Part shown: positions 17,055 through 24,000 of the stretch, piece by piece
Layout of the letters: each line of letters starts with the position of its first letter
Position numbering within the stretch: position 1 is the first letter of the stretch
NCBI GenBank assembly: GCA_024399545.1
Contig: JAKSNS010000008.1
Span: forward strand, 1 to 24,000
DNA length: 24,000 nucleotides
Reading direction: 5' to 3'
DNA from: Paludibacteraceae bacterium
Lineage (GTDB): Bacteria; Bacteroidota; Bacteroidia; Bacteroidales; Paludibacteraceae
Translations under genes and position numbers: made by a program
Notes under the pieces: model-generated
Told to the model about the DNA's origin: nothing
The model's database searches: none
What the model saw: only the letters and a program-made list of their open reading frames with translations

Positions 17055-17315
17055 ATAATATGGTGACCCAAGTTTCGCAAGTGCACATTTATCTATATGA
17101 CAAAAATGTAATGTAAGTATCTAATGCCGTCAGGCATCGGTAAGCTGTGGCGTGCGTCAACTAAGCCATCCCGCTAATACAATCTCCTAAAACCTCTAGA
17201 ACATATAGAAAAGCGCAGCGTTCTGAGAGAACTATGACTCTATAACAATTCTTTTGTTGGGATGCACCTTGCTAACCGCTTAGGCAAACTTACCTACTCA
17301 AAACGTTATATAGCC

Positions 17316-17375
17316 TATTTAGTTTGGTAGTATCTGGTCAGATAGTGTTTAGTTGGGTAGTGTTTAGTCGGGTAG
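17316..17375. repeat. Tandem repeat of 4 x 15 nt (tatttagtttggtag / tatctggtcagatag / tgtttagttgggtag / tgtttagtcgggtag) overlapping the queA stop codon.
   Basis: Read directly from the sequence. Units 3 and 4 differ at one position, and unit 2 is the most diverged. On the minus strand unit 4 reads CTA CCC GAC TAA ACA, which is the last three queA codons plus the stop. Confidence 0.8.
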
Positions 17376-18476
17376 AATCATAATTGCATCTCCATAGAAA
17401 CCAAAGCGATAGCCTTCGTGGATGGCGGCTTGGTAGGCGTCCATGACTTTGCGGTAACCTCCGAAGGCGCATTGGTTCATTAACATGATGGATTGTGGAA
17501 GCTGTAGGTTGGATATTAGGCAGTTGGCGGTGTTAAACTCGTATGGCGGGAATATGAAGCGGTTCGTCCAACCAGAGAATGGCTTGATTAGCCCTTTGGT
17601 AGTTGCGGCACTTTCGAGTGTGCGGAGGACGGTTGTGCCAACGGCGCATATCTTCTTGTCATTGCGGTAGGCTTGGTTGAAGAGATTGCAGACTTCGTCG
17701 TTAACCTCGATTTGCTCAGACTCCATCTTGTGCTTGGAAAGGTCCTCTACGTCAATCTCATTGAAGATAGAAACGGAGGAGTAGAGTGTGGTGAAGGTGT
17801 AGCTGGCACCGACAATCTCAAGGCGTTTGAGGAGTTCGCGTGTGAAGTTGCAACCAGCGGCAGGAGCGACGACGGCACCTTCCTTAGAGGCGAAAATGGT
17901 TTGGAAACGCTCTGCGTCGTCAGGTTCGGCTGGGCGGTGGATGTGCTTAGGAAGAGGGGTTGTGCCGAGCGCGAAGAGGTTGCGTTTGAACTCATCGTGA
18001 GAGCCGTCGTAGAGGAAACGGACTGTCCTGCCACGCGCGGTGGTGTTGTCGATAACCTCGGCTACAAGGGAATTGTCTGGACCGAAATAGAGTTTGTTGC
18101 CAACGCGGATTTTGCGGGCAGGTTCGACAAGGACATCCCAGAGTTTGAGGCGAGGGTTTAGTTCGCGGAGCAAGAAGACCTCGATGTTAGCGTTTGTCTT
18201 CTCCTTATTCCCACACATGACGGCAGGGAAAACCTGTGCGTCGTTGAGGACGAAAAGGTCGCCCTCGTCGAAATAGGTGTAGAGTTCCTTGAAAATCTTA
18301 TGCTCTATGTCGCCAGTCTTGGAATGAAGGACGAGCAGGCGGCATTCGTCACGGTCAGCCAAAAGGTTGTCCTTGGACTTATATACGATTTTGCCGTCGT
18401 CGTCATACATAAAAGAACTGGGGTAGAGGGCAATCTGCTCCTGAGGAAGACGGAATTTGAATTGAGATAGTTTCAT
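17364..18476 (-). CDS. queA: S-adenosylmethionine:tRNA ribosyltransferase-isomerase.
   Basis: 370-aa ORF with the N-terminus MKLSQFKFRLPQEQIALYP and overall QueA-like sequence and length. Confidence 0.95.
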   Translation of the reverse strand: MKLSQFKFRLPQEQIALYPSSFMYDDDGKIVYKSKDNLLADRDECRLLVLHSKTGDIEHKIFKELYTYFDEGDLFVLNDAQVFPAVMCGNKEKTNANIEVFLLRELNPRLKLWDVLVEPARKIRVGNKLYFGPDNSLVAEVIDNTTARGRTVRFLYDGSHDEFKRNLFALGTTPLPKHIHRPAEPDDAERFQTIFASKEGAVVAPAAGCNFTRELLKRLEIVGASYTFTTLYSSVSIFNEIDVEDLSKHKMESEQIEVNDEVCNLFNQAYRNDKKICAVGTTVLRTLESAATTKGLIKPFSGWTNRFIFPPYEFNTANCLISNLQLPQSIMLMNQCAFGGYRKVMDAYQAAIHEGYRFGFYGDAIMILPD

Positions 18477-18497
18477 ATAGCGTATATTTTTTTTTCT

Positions 18498-19193
18498 TTA
18501 TAGTGTATCCTCGGCGAAGAGGGTAGGCAGTTGGTCGATGGTAAGACATTGGGCGACAGTGATATCACCAATGCGAGTGCGGCGCAGGGCTGTAAGGTAA
18601 GCCCCAGAATCGAGTGCCTTGCCTATATCGCGGGCAAGAGCGCGGATGTATGTTCCTTTGCTGCAAACAACGCGGATAGTCATCTGCATAACCGAAGAGT
18701 CGAAACTTAATAACTCAATCTCGTCAATGACGAGGAGTTTGGGTTTCAACTCGACATCCTTGCCTTTGCGGGCATAATCGAAAGCGCGTTTCCCATCGAC
18801 TTTCACGGCTGAATAGATAGGCGGCACTTGCCAAATCTCGCCCTTAAAACGGCTCAATGTGCCGAGGATAAGAGCCTCGGTGATATGGGCTGTCGGGAAG
18901 GTTGCGTCAACGGGATGCTCACGGTCGAAAGAGGGGGTTGTGGCACCAAGTTGAAGCGTGGCGACATATTCTTTGACTCCATACTGCAACTCCTCAATGC
19001 GCTTGGTGGCACGGCCAGTGCAAATAATCATAACGCCAGTGGCGAGAGGGTCGAGCGTGCCAGCGTGGCCAACCTTAATCTTCTTGCGGTTAAGGTGGCG
19101 ACAGATTGCATAGCGAATGCGGTTGACTACGTCAAAAGATGACCACTCGTATGGTTTGTCAAAATACAATATTTCGCCTTCCTCGAAATCCAT
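18498..19193 (-). CDS. truB: tRNA pseudouridine(55) synthase.
   Basis: 231-aa ORF with the catalytic motif GHAGTLDPLATGV, the YSAVKVDGKRAY-like motif (YSAVKVDGKRAFDYAR) and TruB length. Confidence 0.95.
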   Translation of the reverse strand: MDFEEGEILYFDKPYEWSSFDVVNRIRYAICRHLNRKKIKVGHAGTLDPLATGVMIICTGRATKRIEELQYGVKEYVATLQLGATTPSFDREHPVDATFPTAHITEALILGTLSRFKGEIWQVPPIYSAVKVDGKRAFDYARKGKDVELKPKLLVIDEIELLSFDSSVMQMTIRVVCSKGTYIRALARDIGKALDSGAYLTALRRTRIGDITVAQCLTIDQLPTLFAEDTL

Positions 19194-19196
19194 CCC

Positions 19197-20006
19197 TTAC
19201 TTAAATAACGAAGATATGATAACTATAAGACCGATTATCAGGCAGTACCAAGCGAACCAAATAAGTTTGCCGCGTTTGACAAGTTCAATCATAAACTTAC
19301 ATGCGAAAGAACCCGCAATGAATGCCGCAATAAAGCCAGCGACGATTGGCGCAACGCCTATGCCCGCTATAGCCGTGGAATCCTTGACAATGTCAAGTGC
19401 ACTGAGAAGAGCCTGCCCGAGAACCGGGATAAGCACCATGATAAACGAGAACTGCGCAACCTGTTCCTTGCGATCGCCAAGCAATAGACCTGTGGCGATA
19501 GTTGTGCCAGAGCGAGAAAGCCCAGGAAGAACGGCGACAGCCTGGCCAATGCCTATGACGAAAGCGTCGAGCCATGTGATATTCTTCTTGATGCGTGGCT
19601 TTGCGTAATAGGCAAAAGCGAGAAGCAATGCCGTGATGGTCAAGCATATACCTACGAGCAGGAGACCTGAGCCAAAAAGGTTCTCGACTTCGTCCTTGAA
19701 AAACATTCCAACGACGAATACAGGTATCATAGAAAGGAAAATCTTGGCGACATACTCTTTCTCGTAATTCCACTTGGTGGTGGTGAAAGTGCCGACGAAA
19801 AGTTGCGAAATCTCGTTCCAAAGAATGACAATGGTAGAGAGGACGGTCGCCGCATGAACGACGATGTCGAAAAGCAGGTTGTCGGCGGCAGAGGTGTTAA
19901 GCCCGAGGAGTTGCTGGCCAATGGTTAGGTGGCCGCTGCTGCTGACGGGAAGGAATTCTGTCAGGCCTTGGATAAGACCCAATATTGTTGCTTCTAACCA
20001 ATTCAT
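19197..20006 (-). CDS. uppP: Undecaprenyl-diphosphate phosphatase.
   Basis: 269-aa polytopic membrane ORF with UppP/BacA motifs: [14 protein letters not shown] near the N-terminus and [10 protein letters not shown] later. Confidence 0.95.
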   Translation of the reverse strand: MNWLEATILGLIQGLTEFLPVSSSGHLTIGQQLLGLNTSAADNLLFDIVVHAATVLSTIVILWNEISQLFVGTFTTTKWNYEKEYVAKIFLSMIPVFVVGMFFKDEVENLFGSGLLLVGICLTITALLLAFAYYAKPRIKKNITWLDAFVIGIGQAVAVLPGLSRSGTTIATGLLLGDRKEQVAQFSFIMVLIPVLGQALLSALDIVKDSTAIAGIGVAPIVAGFIAAFIAGSFACKFMIELVKRGKLIWFAWYCLIIGLIVIISSLFK

Positions 20007-20065
20007 GATTAAGGGTATTTCTTTTAGGTTACAGACGGATGTTTAATGATTGGACGCTTTTGAAT

Positions 20066-20281
20066 TTATTTCCTGCGGCGAATCATAATCCCGGCAATCA
20101 TACCAATGAAACCAACCATACAGACGATTGGCGCAACGGTGATGCGGCGGAACGAGAAGACATCAGGGTTGAACTCGATTTCAGTGGAACTGCCACCCAT
20201 AAGGCAGAAACCAACGACAATCAGAAGGATAGAGATTGCGATAACAATGTAGTTGATTTTTGATAATGGTGAATTGTTCAT
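20066..20281 (-). CDS. DUF3098 domain-containing small membrane protein.
   Basis: 71-aa ORF with two hydrophobic spans. Its position directly upstream of uppP and its sequence style (INYIVIAISILLIVVGFCLM ... RRITVAPIV) match the Bacteroidota DUF3098 family. Confidence 0.65.
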   Translation of the reverse strand: MNNSPLSKINYIVIAISILLIVVGFCLMGGSSTEIEFNPDVFSFRRITVAPIVCMVGFIGMIAGIMIRRRK

Positions 20282-20294
20282 AGTATAATGTGTT

Positions 20295-20705
20295 TTATTC
20301 GTTATTTACTTTGTTTATGGCATTGCGCCAGCGGTCACTGATGCGCGCAGTGCAGTGTTTTGCGAAATCGTAACCCACCATGACGGTGTTGCCGTCGCAT
20401 TTAACCTCGCCAGTCTCACTATTGACGACTTGCTGGTGGATATTCATACTCTTGTTGCCAATATGAGTAATCTCAGTGCGTACCTCAAGGGGTTCGTGGA
20501 GCATACCCTGAGCCTTGAAATCAATATCGATATGCGCAATGATAATGTCAATAGGCTCTGTGTAATAGCACTGCTTGTGCAGGTTGGAGAAATAGTCCGT
20601 CTTCCCCATATCAAAATACGAGAGATAAACGGCGTTATTTATATGCCCGAGGGCGTCTGCGTCATTAAAACGGACTTGTATAGGCGTAGAGTGCATAGGC
20701 TTCAT
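20295..20705 (-). CDS. Acyl-CoA thioesterase, hotdog fold (4HBT/YbgC-like).
   Basis: 136-aa ORF with the N-terminal pattern IQVRFNDADALGHINNAVYLSYF, typical of 4HBT-type thioesterases. It shares a 4-nt ATGA overlap with the upstream flippase gene. Confidence 0.85.
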   Translation of the reverse strand: MKPMHSTPIQVRFNDADALGHINNAVYLSYFDMGKTDYFSNLHKQCYYTEPIDIIIAHIDIDFKAQGMLHEPLEVRTEITHIGNKSMNIHQQVVNSETGEVKCDGNTVMVGYDFAKHCTARISDRWRNAINKVNNE

Positions 20706-22138
20706 TCTTTTTTAAGTAACGTGTCTCTAAGGTTGGATAGGACTTCAAGGCGGAAAAGAGCGGCAAGTCCAAAATAGACCGCAATGCCAACGAGAAATTG
20801 GATAAGTAGTTGCCAGACAGCATTGCAGCGTATGAAATAAGGGGTATAGAAAACGGCAAGGCACATCACGATGGAGAGTAAGACGTAGGGTGTCATGTGG
20901 CGCAGTTGGTCAACAAAACGATAGCCAGTGACGTGTGCGATAGTGACTGACATGCCAACCATGGCGACGTAACAAGCAATGATGTAGCCGTAAAGTATTT
21001 GCGTGATAGTGTCGTTGAGCAGGGCGAGGAACAAGATAACGAGAAGGTTACGCGAAAACTCGGTGAGGAAATTGAGCTTCGGTTTGCCGAATACGTTAAA
21101 CAATTGGAGGTACATATAGATAAACGGCATGGATATGCCGCCAATAAGTAGCAGACGCAGGTAGGGGAGAAGGGGCATCCATTTGTCGGTAATGACGACG
21201 TGGATGAAATTCTCGCTAACACCGTAAAAACCAAGCATAACAGGAAGGGTGATGAAAGCTGTGAGTTTCATAATCCTATGAATATAATTCATCTGGCGTT
21301 GAGGGTCGTTGTTGAGCTTGGCAAGTACGGAATATGCTACACCGCCTATAGAACTGGAGATAACCTGATGAGGGATTTGATGGTATTTGTAGGCCTGGGA
21401 GTAATAGCCAACTTCGTCAGTGGTGTAACGTGGACCAATGAACATCGTGTAAATATACTTGACAATAGTTGTGACCGCGGAAGAGACGATGAGTAATGCG
21501 CTGAAAGAGAGGATTTCACGGATGATACGGAAATCTGCCCAACAGATAGCGACAGGTCGCCATTCTGAGAGGACCCAGAGCAAAATTGCCTTGACTAACG
21601 CTTGCGAAATCTGCTGTGCGGCGAGAGCCCAATAGCCCCAGCCTGTAGCAGCCATCCATAGGGTAATCAATGCGGAAACGCACATACCGCCAAGGTTTGC
21701 TATAGTCATATTGCGGAAACGCAGTTTTTTGGTGAGGATGACGGTCTGTATGATTGTCAGGGAGTTGATGATAATGGCGAAGAAAATGATGCGGGCAAGA
21801 GACTTGAGGGGCGGCATATTGAAATACGCAGCAATCGCACCAGCGGTAAAATAGAGAATCCCATACAAAACAACGCTAAGAAAGATGTTGAAAAACAACG
21901 CCGCAGTGTATTCTCGGTCATTGTTGTTTTCACGGCGGACAAGTGCGGCAGTGAAACCACTCTCGACAAGGATGTTGCTCAGCATGGTAAAAACGGCGAG
22001 CGCACCAGTATAGCCGAAATCGGTAGGGGAGAGAAGGCGGAGCGTAAAAATGCCGACTATCAATGCAATTAGTTGATAGCCAATCTTATCGAGGAAATTC
22101 CAGATAAACGATTTTGTTGTCTCCTGCTTCAGTGTCAT
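20702..22138 (-). CDS. Polysaccharide/oligosaccharide flippase (Wzx-like, MOP superfamily; usually annotated as lipopolysaccharide biosynthesis protein).
   Basis: 478-aa ORF with about 12-14 hydrophobic spans. The N-terminal region (FIWNFLDKIGYQLIALIVGIFTLRLLSPTDFGY) is typical of Polysacc_synt family flippases. Confidence 0.8.
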   Translation of the reverse strand: MTLKQETTKSFIWNFLDKIGYQLIALIVGIFTLRLLSPTDFGYTGALAVFTMLSNILVESGFTAALVRRENNNDREYTAALFFNIFLSVVLYGILYFTAGAIAAYFNMPPLKSLARIIFFAIIINSLTIIQTVILTKKLRFRNMTIANLGGMCVSALITLWMAATGWGYWALAAQQISQALVKAILLWVLSEWRPVAICWADFRIIREILSFSALLIVSSAVTTIVKYIYTMFIGPRYTTDEVGYYSQAYKYHQIPHQVISSSIGGVAYSVLAKLNNDPQRQMNYIHRIMKLTAFITLPVMLGFYGVSENFIHVVITDKWMPLLPYLRLLLIGGISMPFIYMYLQLFNVFGKPKLNFLTEFSRNLLVILFLALLNDTITQILYGYIIACYVAMVGMSVTIAHVTGYRFVDQLRHMTPYVLLSIVMCLAVFYTPYFIRCNAVWQLLIQFLVGIAVYFGLAALFRLEVLSNLRDTLLKKE

Positions 22139-22674
22139 TATCTCAAGGTGAAAAACGAAAAATGTACGTTGCCGTAATTCCTATGTTGGTAGAATGCCGG
22201 GTGAGCCTCGAAAGAGGTCTTGGAGCCATGTTCGACAATCAGTAAACCATCCTGTTTAAGGTGGTTATGTCCAAGAATATGGTCGGGAAGCTCCATAATA
22301 TTGGGCAATTGGTAAGGTGGGTCGGCAAAAACAAGGTCGTAAGCCACTTGCGTATTGTCAATAAAACGGAACACCTCTTGCTTGACGACACGCAGGTTGT
22401 CAATTTTGAGTAAACTGCAAACCTTGTGGATATAAGCGAGTTGTGTTTGCGCCATCTCGACGGCAGTAACGTAAGCGGCACCACGAGAAATAAGCTCGTA
22501 ACTAATGCTGCCGGTTCCCGAAAAGAGGTCAAGAGCCGTAATCCCCTCAATATCCATCTCGTTGGAAATGAGGTTGAAAAGGGACTCTTTTGCAAAATCC
22601 GTCGTTGGGCGAGCCGTGATGTTAGACGGCGGGTCGAAATGCCTACCCTTGAATTTACCGCTGACTATACGCAT
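22138..22674 (-). CDS. rsmD: 16S rRNA (guanine(966)-N(2))-methyltransferase.
   Basis: 178-aa ORF with the N-terminus MRIVSGKFKGR, the SAM-binding motif LDLFSGTGS and the DPPY catalytic motif. Confidence 0.9.
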   Translation of the reverse strand: MRIVSGKFKGRHFDPPSNITARPTTDFAKESLFNLISNEMDIEGITALDLFSGTGSISYELISRGAAYVTAVEMAQTQLAYIHKVCSLLKIDNLRVVKQEVFRFIDNTQVAYDLVFADPPYQLPNIMELPDHILGHNHLKQDGLLIVEHGSKTSFEAHPAFYQHRNYGNVHFSFFTLR

Positions 22675-23114
22675 TTGTCGATATACTTATTAAGGAACAG
22701 TTTGTCTAAACCCCCATGAGCGAAAAGCGTGTTGCGCATCCTGTCAAGGGCCGTGGCTTGGTATGCCGCAAGGATGTGGTAAAGCGAATCCTCATTGCAA
22801 TTAACCGTGAACTTGTTGATATATGCGAGGGCGTTATTCTTCAGTACAGCGACATAGAGCCTATTGGCGGAAAGAAGCGCATGAACAGAGTCAACGCCTG
22901 AGTGCAGGCAATCTACTATCAAAGGTTCAACCTCGTGGCATGAACAAGAGTCTTCCCAGTTGGTGGCATCTGCGACAATGGTCATATCATCGGAGATTTT
23001 ATGCACGGAGAGCCTTGGGTTTGAGGACGTTACGCTACATGAGGTAAGGAAAGAGAGCGCATTTCCATCGTCAACGAGAAACGAAGGGACGACGGCGAAA
23101 TCACCATACCCCAT
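22665..23114 (-). CDS. Hypothetical protein resembling the C-terminal two-thirds of DUF3822 family proteins.
   Basis: 149-aa ORF with an ATG start that overlaps the rsmD start by 10 nt, as DUF3822 genes do in Bacteroidota. The C-terminal pattern (LYVAVLKNNALAYINKFTVNCNEDSLYHILAAY ... LNKYI) resembles DUF3822. The frame is open upstream to 23207 but contains no further start codon. Confidence 0.5.
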   Translation of the reverse strand: MGYGDFAVVPSFLVDDGNALSFLTSCSVTSSNPRLSVHKISDDMTIVADATNWEDSCSCHEVEPLIVDCLHSGVDSVHALLSANRLYVAVLKNNALAYINKFTVNCNEDSLYHILAAYQATALDRMRNTLFAHGGLDKLFLNKYIDKCV

Positions 23115-23175
23115 AATACAACAACCGCCGGACGAGTTGTTAACCCGTCCAGCCGTATTGTTGACAAAACCTATT

Positions 23176-23877
23176 TTATTCCCAGTTTCCAGCGTTATTG
23201 TTTGATTCTATAATTGAACCAAAGCGAAGACCCAGGAACTTATCTTCCTTATTTTCTTGAAGTTTGCGCTCCTTGTCCTTGAGGTTAACCAACTGCTGGT
23301 GGTCAAGGTCGCTGAGATATGTGTCATACTCGGTACCTACCTGAACAAGAGGGGTCACGTTGCCAGTAGTAGAGTTAGTGTAACTTGCAGTGTCGAACGA
23401 GAACTTAACACCTTCGGCGGCGAAAGGTACGAAAACTATTTTCTTTGCCTCATCGAGAGTGTATTTGTCAGCGAAGACAGCCTCGTAAACTGTGACATAG
23501 TTCGTATCGCGGCGGAAATTCTCAAGACCATTTTCGGCAATGGCTTTTGCGTTGCCGCTACGTACGATGGCGAGTGCAGACTCCTCGGTAAGGCCATTCT
23601 TGAGTTGCTCGTCGGTGAGGACACCTTCCTTAAGGACCATAGGTACCTTGCCATTCTCGATGAAAGCAACTAGAGAGTCGGCATTAGCGCAGTAGTGGCC
23701 ATTGAGTTTCTTGTACTCAATCTGCACGTTGCGGATGTCGGTGAGTTTCTGGATGATGATTTTTTCACGAGCGGCGCGTGTCTCGTCAAATTTTATTGGT
23801 GTCGTGATGCTGGTGACACAGAGGTAAGCCATAACGACGATGGCCACACACAATAAAATACGGAATACTGTTTTCAT
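23176..23877 (-). CDS. Hypothetical protein with an N-terminal membrane anchor or signal sequence.
   Basis: 233-aa ORF with an ATG start and a hydrophobic N-terminus (FRILLCVAIVVMAYLCV). The composition looks coding-like. I recognise no family. Confidence 0.65.
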   Translation of the reverse strand: MKTVFRILLCVAIVVMAYLCVTSITTPIKFDETRAAREKIIIQKLTDIRNVQIEYKKLNGHYCANADSLVAFIENGKVPMVLKEGVLTDEQLKNGLTEESALAIVRSGNAKAIAENGLENFRRDTNYVTVYEAVFADKYTLDEAKKIVFVPFAAEGVKFSFDTASYTNSTTGNVTPLVQVGTEYDTYLSDLDHQQLVNLKDKERKLQENKEDKFLGLRFGSIIESNNNAGNWE

Positions 23878-23900
23878 AATTATTTTGATTGTTATTTTGA

Positions 23901-24000
<100 letters not shown>

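Noticed and set aside
16733-17116. 127-aa plus-strand ORF in a second frame overlapping the 182-aa orphan ORF.
   Set aside because: Its translation is extreme low-complexity (P/T/H/Q/R runs). It is best explained by the scarcity of stop codons in this CA-rich DNA. I kept it only as evidence that ORF length is unreliable here.
17124-17137. Small palindrome atgcc-gtca-ggcat after the orphan ORF, considered as its terminator.
   Set aside because: It has only a 5-bp stem with no following T-run, which is too weak to call.
23417-23432. Promoter-like string cgaaaggtacgaaaac inside the 233-aa hypothetical gene, resembling the tgcaaaggtacgaaaa promoter 16-mer.
   Set aside because: On the minus strand it reads TACCTTTC, which breaks the invariant final G of TAnnTTTG. 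It is also internal to a CDS.

Overview
This is a Bacteroidota-type chromosomal segment, probably Prevotella or Bacteroides-like. The taxon call rests on TAnnTTTG -7 promoter boxes and on the gene orders queA-truB-uppP-DUF3098 and DUF3822-like/rsmD. Of 22 coding regions, 21 lie on the minus strand, and most are housekeeping: an AddB-like nuclease, a TraB/GumN protein, membrane transporters, lepA, trxA, dnaE, galE, queA, truB, uppP, a thioesterase, a Wzx-like flippase, rsmD and the 3' end of pheS. The one clearly accessory element is an AT-rich two-gene cassette at 13222-15274, wedged between dnaE and galE. It encodes an ABC/AAA_21-type ATPase followed 7 nt later by an RloB-family Toprim protein. 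That is a split OLD-like ATPase plus nuclease pair of the AbiL/PARIS architectural class, and it is my best candidate for an uncharacterised anti-phage system. Immediately beside it, the block holding galE and an orphan plus-strand ORF (15271-17060) has a strong strand-specific base bias, with the plus strand rich in C and A and poor in G and T, independent of gene direction. Smaller oddities are listed below:
- a roughly 40-nt near-pure poly-T tract flanked by 10-nt direct repeats at the window start;
- a G-quadruplex-type motif plus two GC hairpins after the AddB-like gene;
- a 4 x 15-nt tandem repeat that duplicates the queA stop region;
- a perfect 13-bp terminator hairpin abutting the start of a membrane gene.
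No rRNA, tRNA, CRISPR array or transposase was seen. All calls come from reading the translations and sequence by eye; no database search or computation was run.
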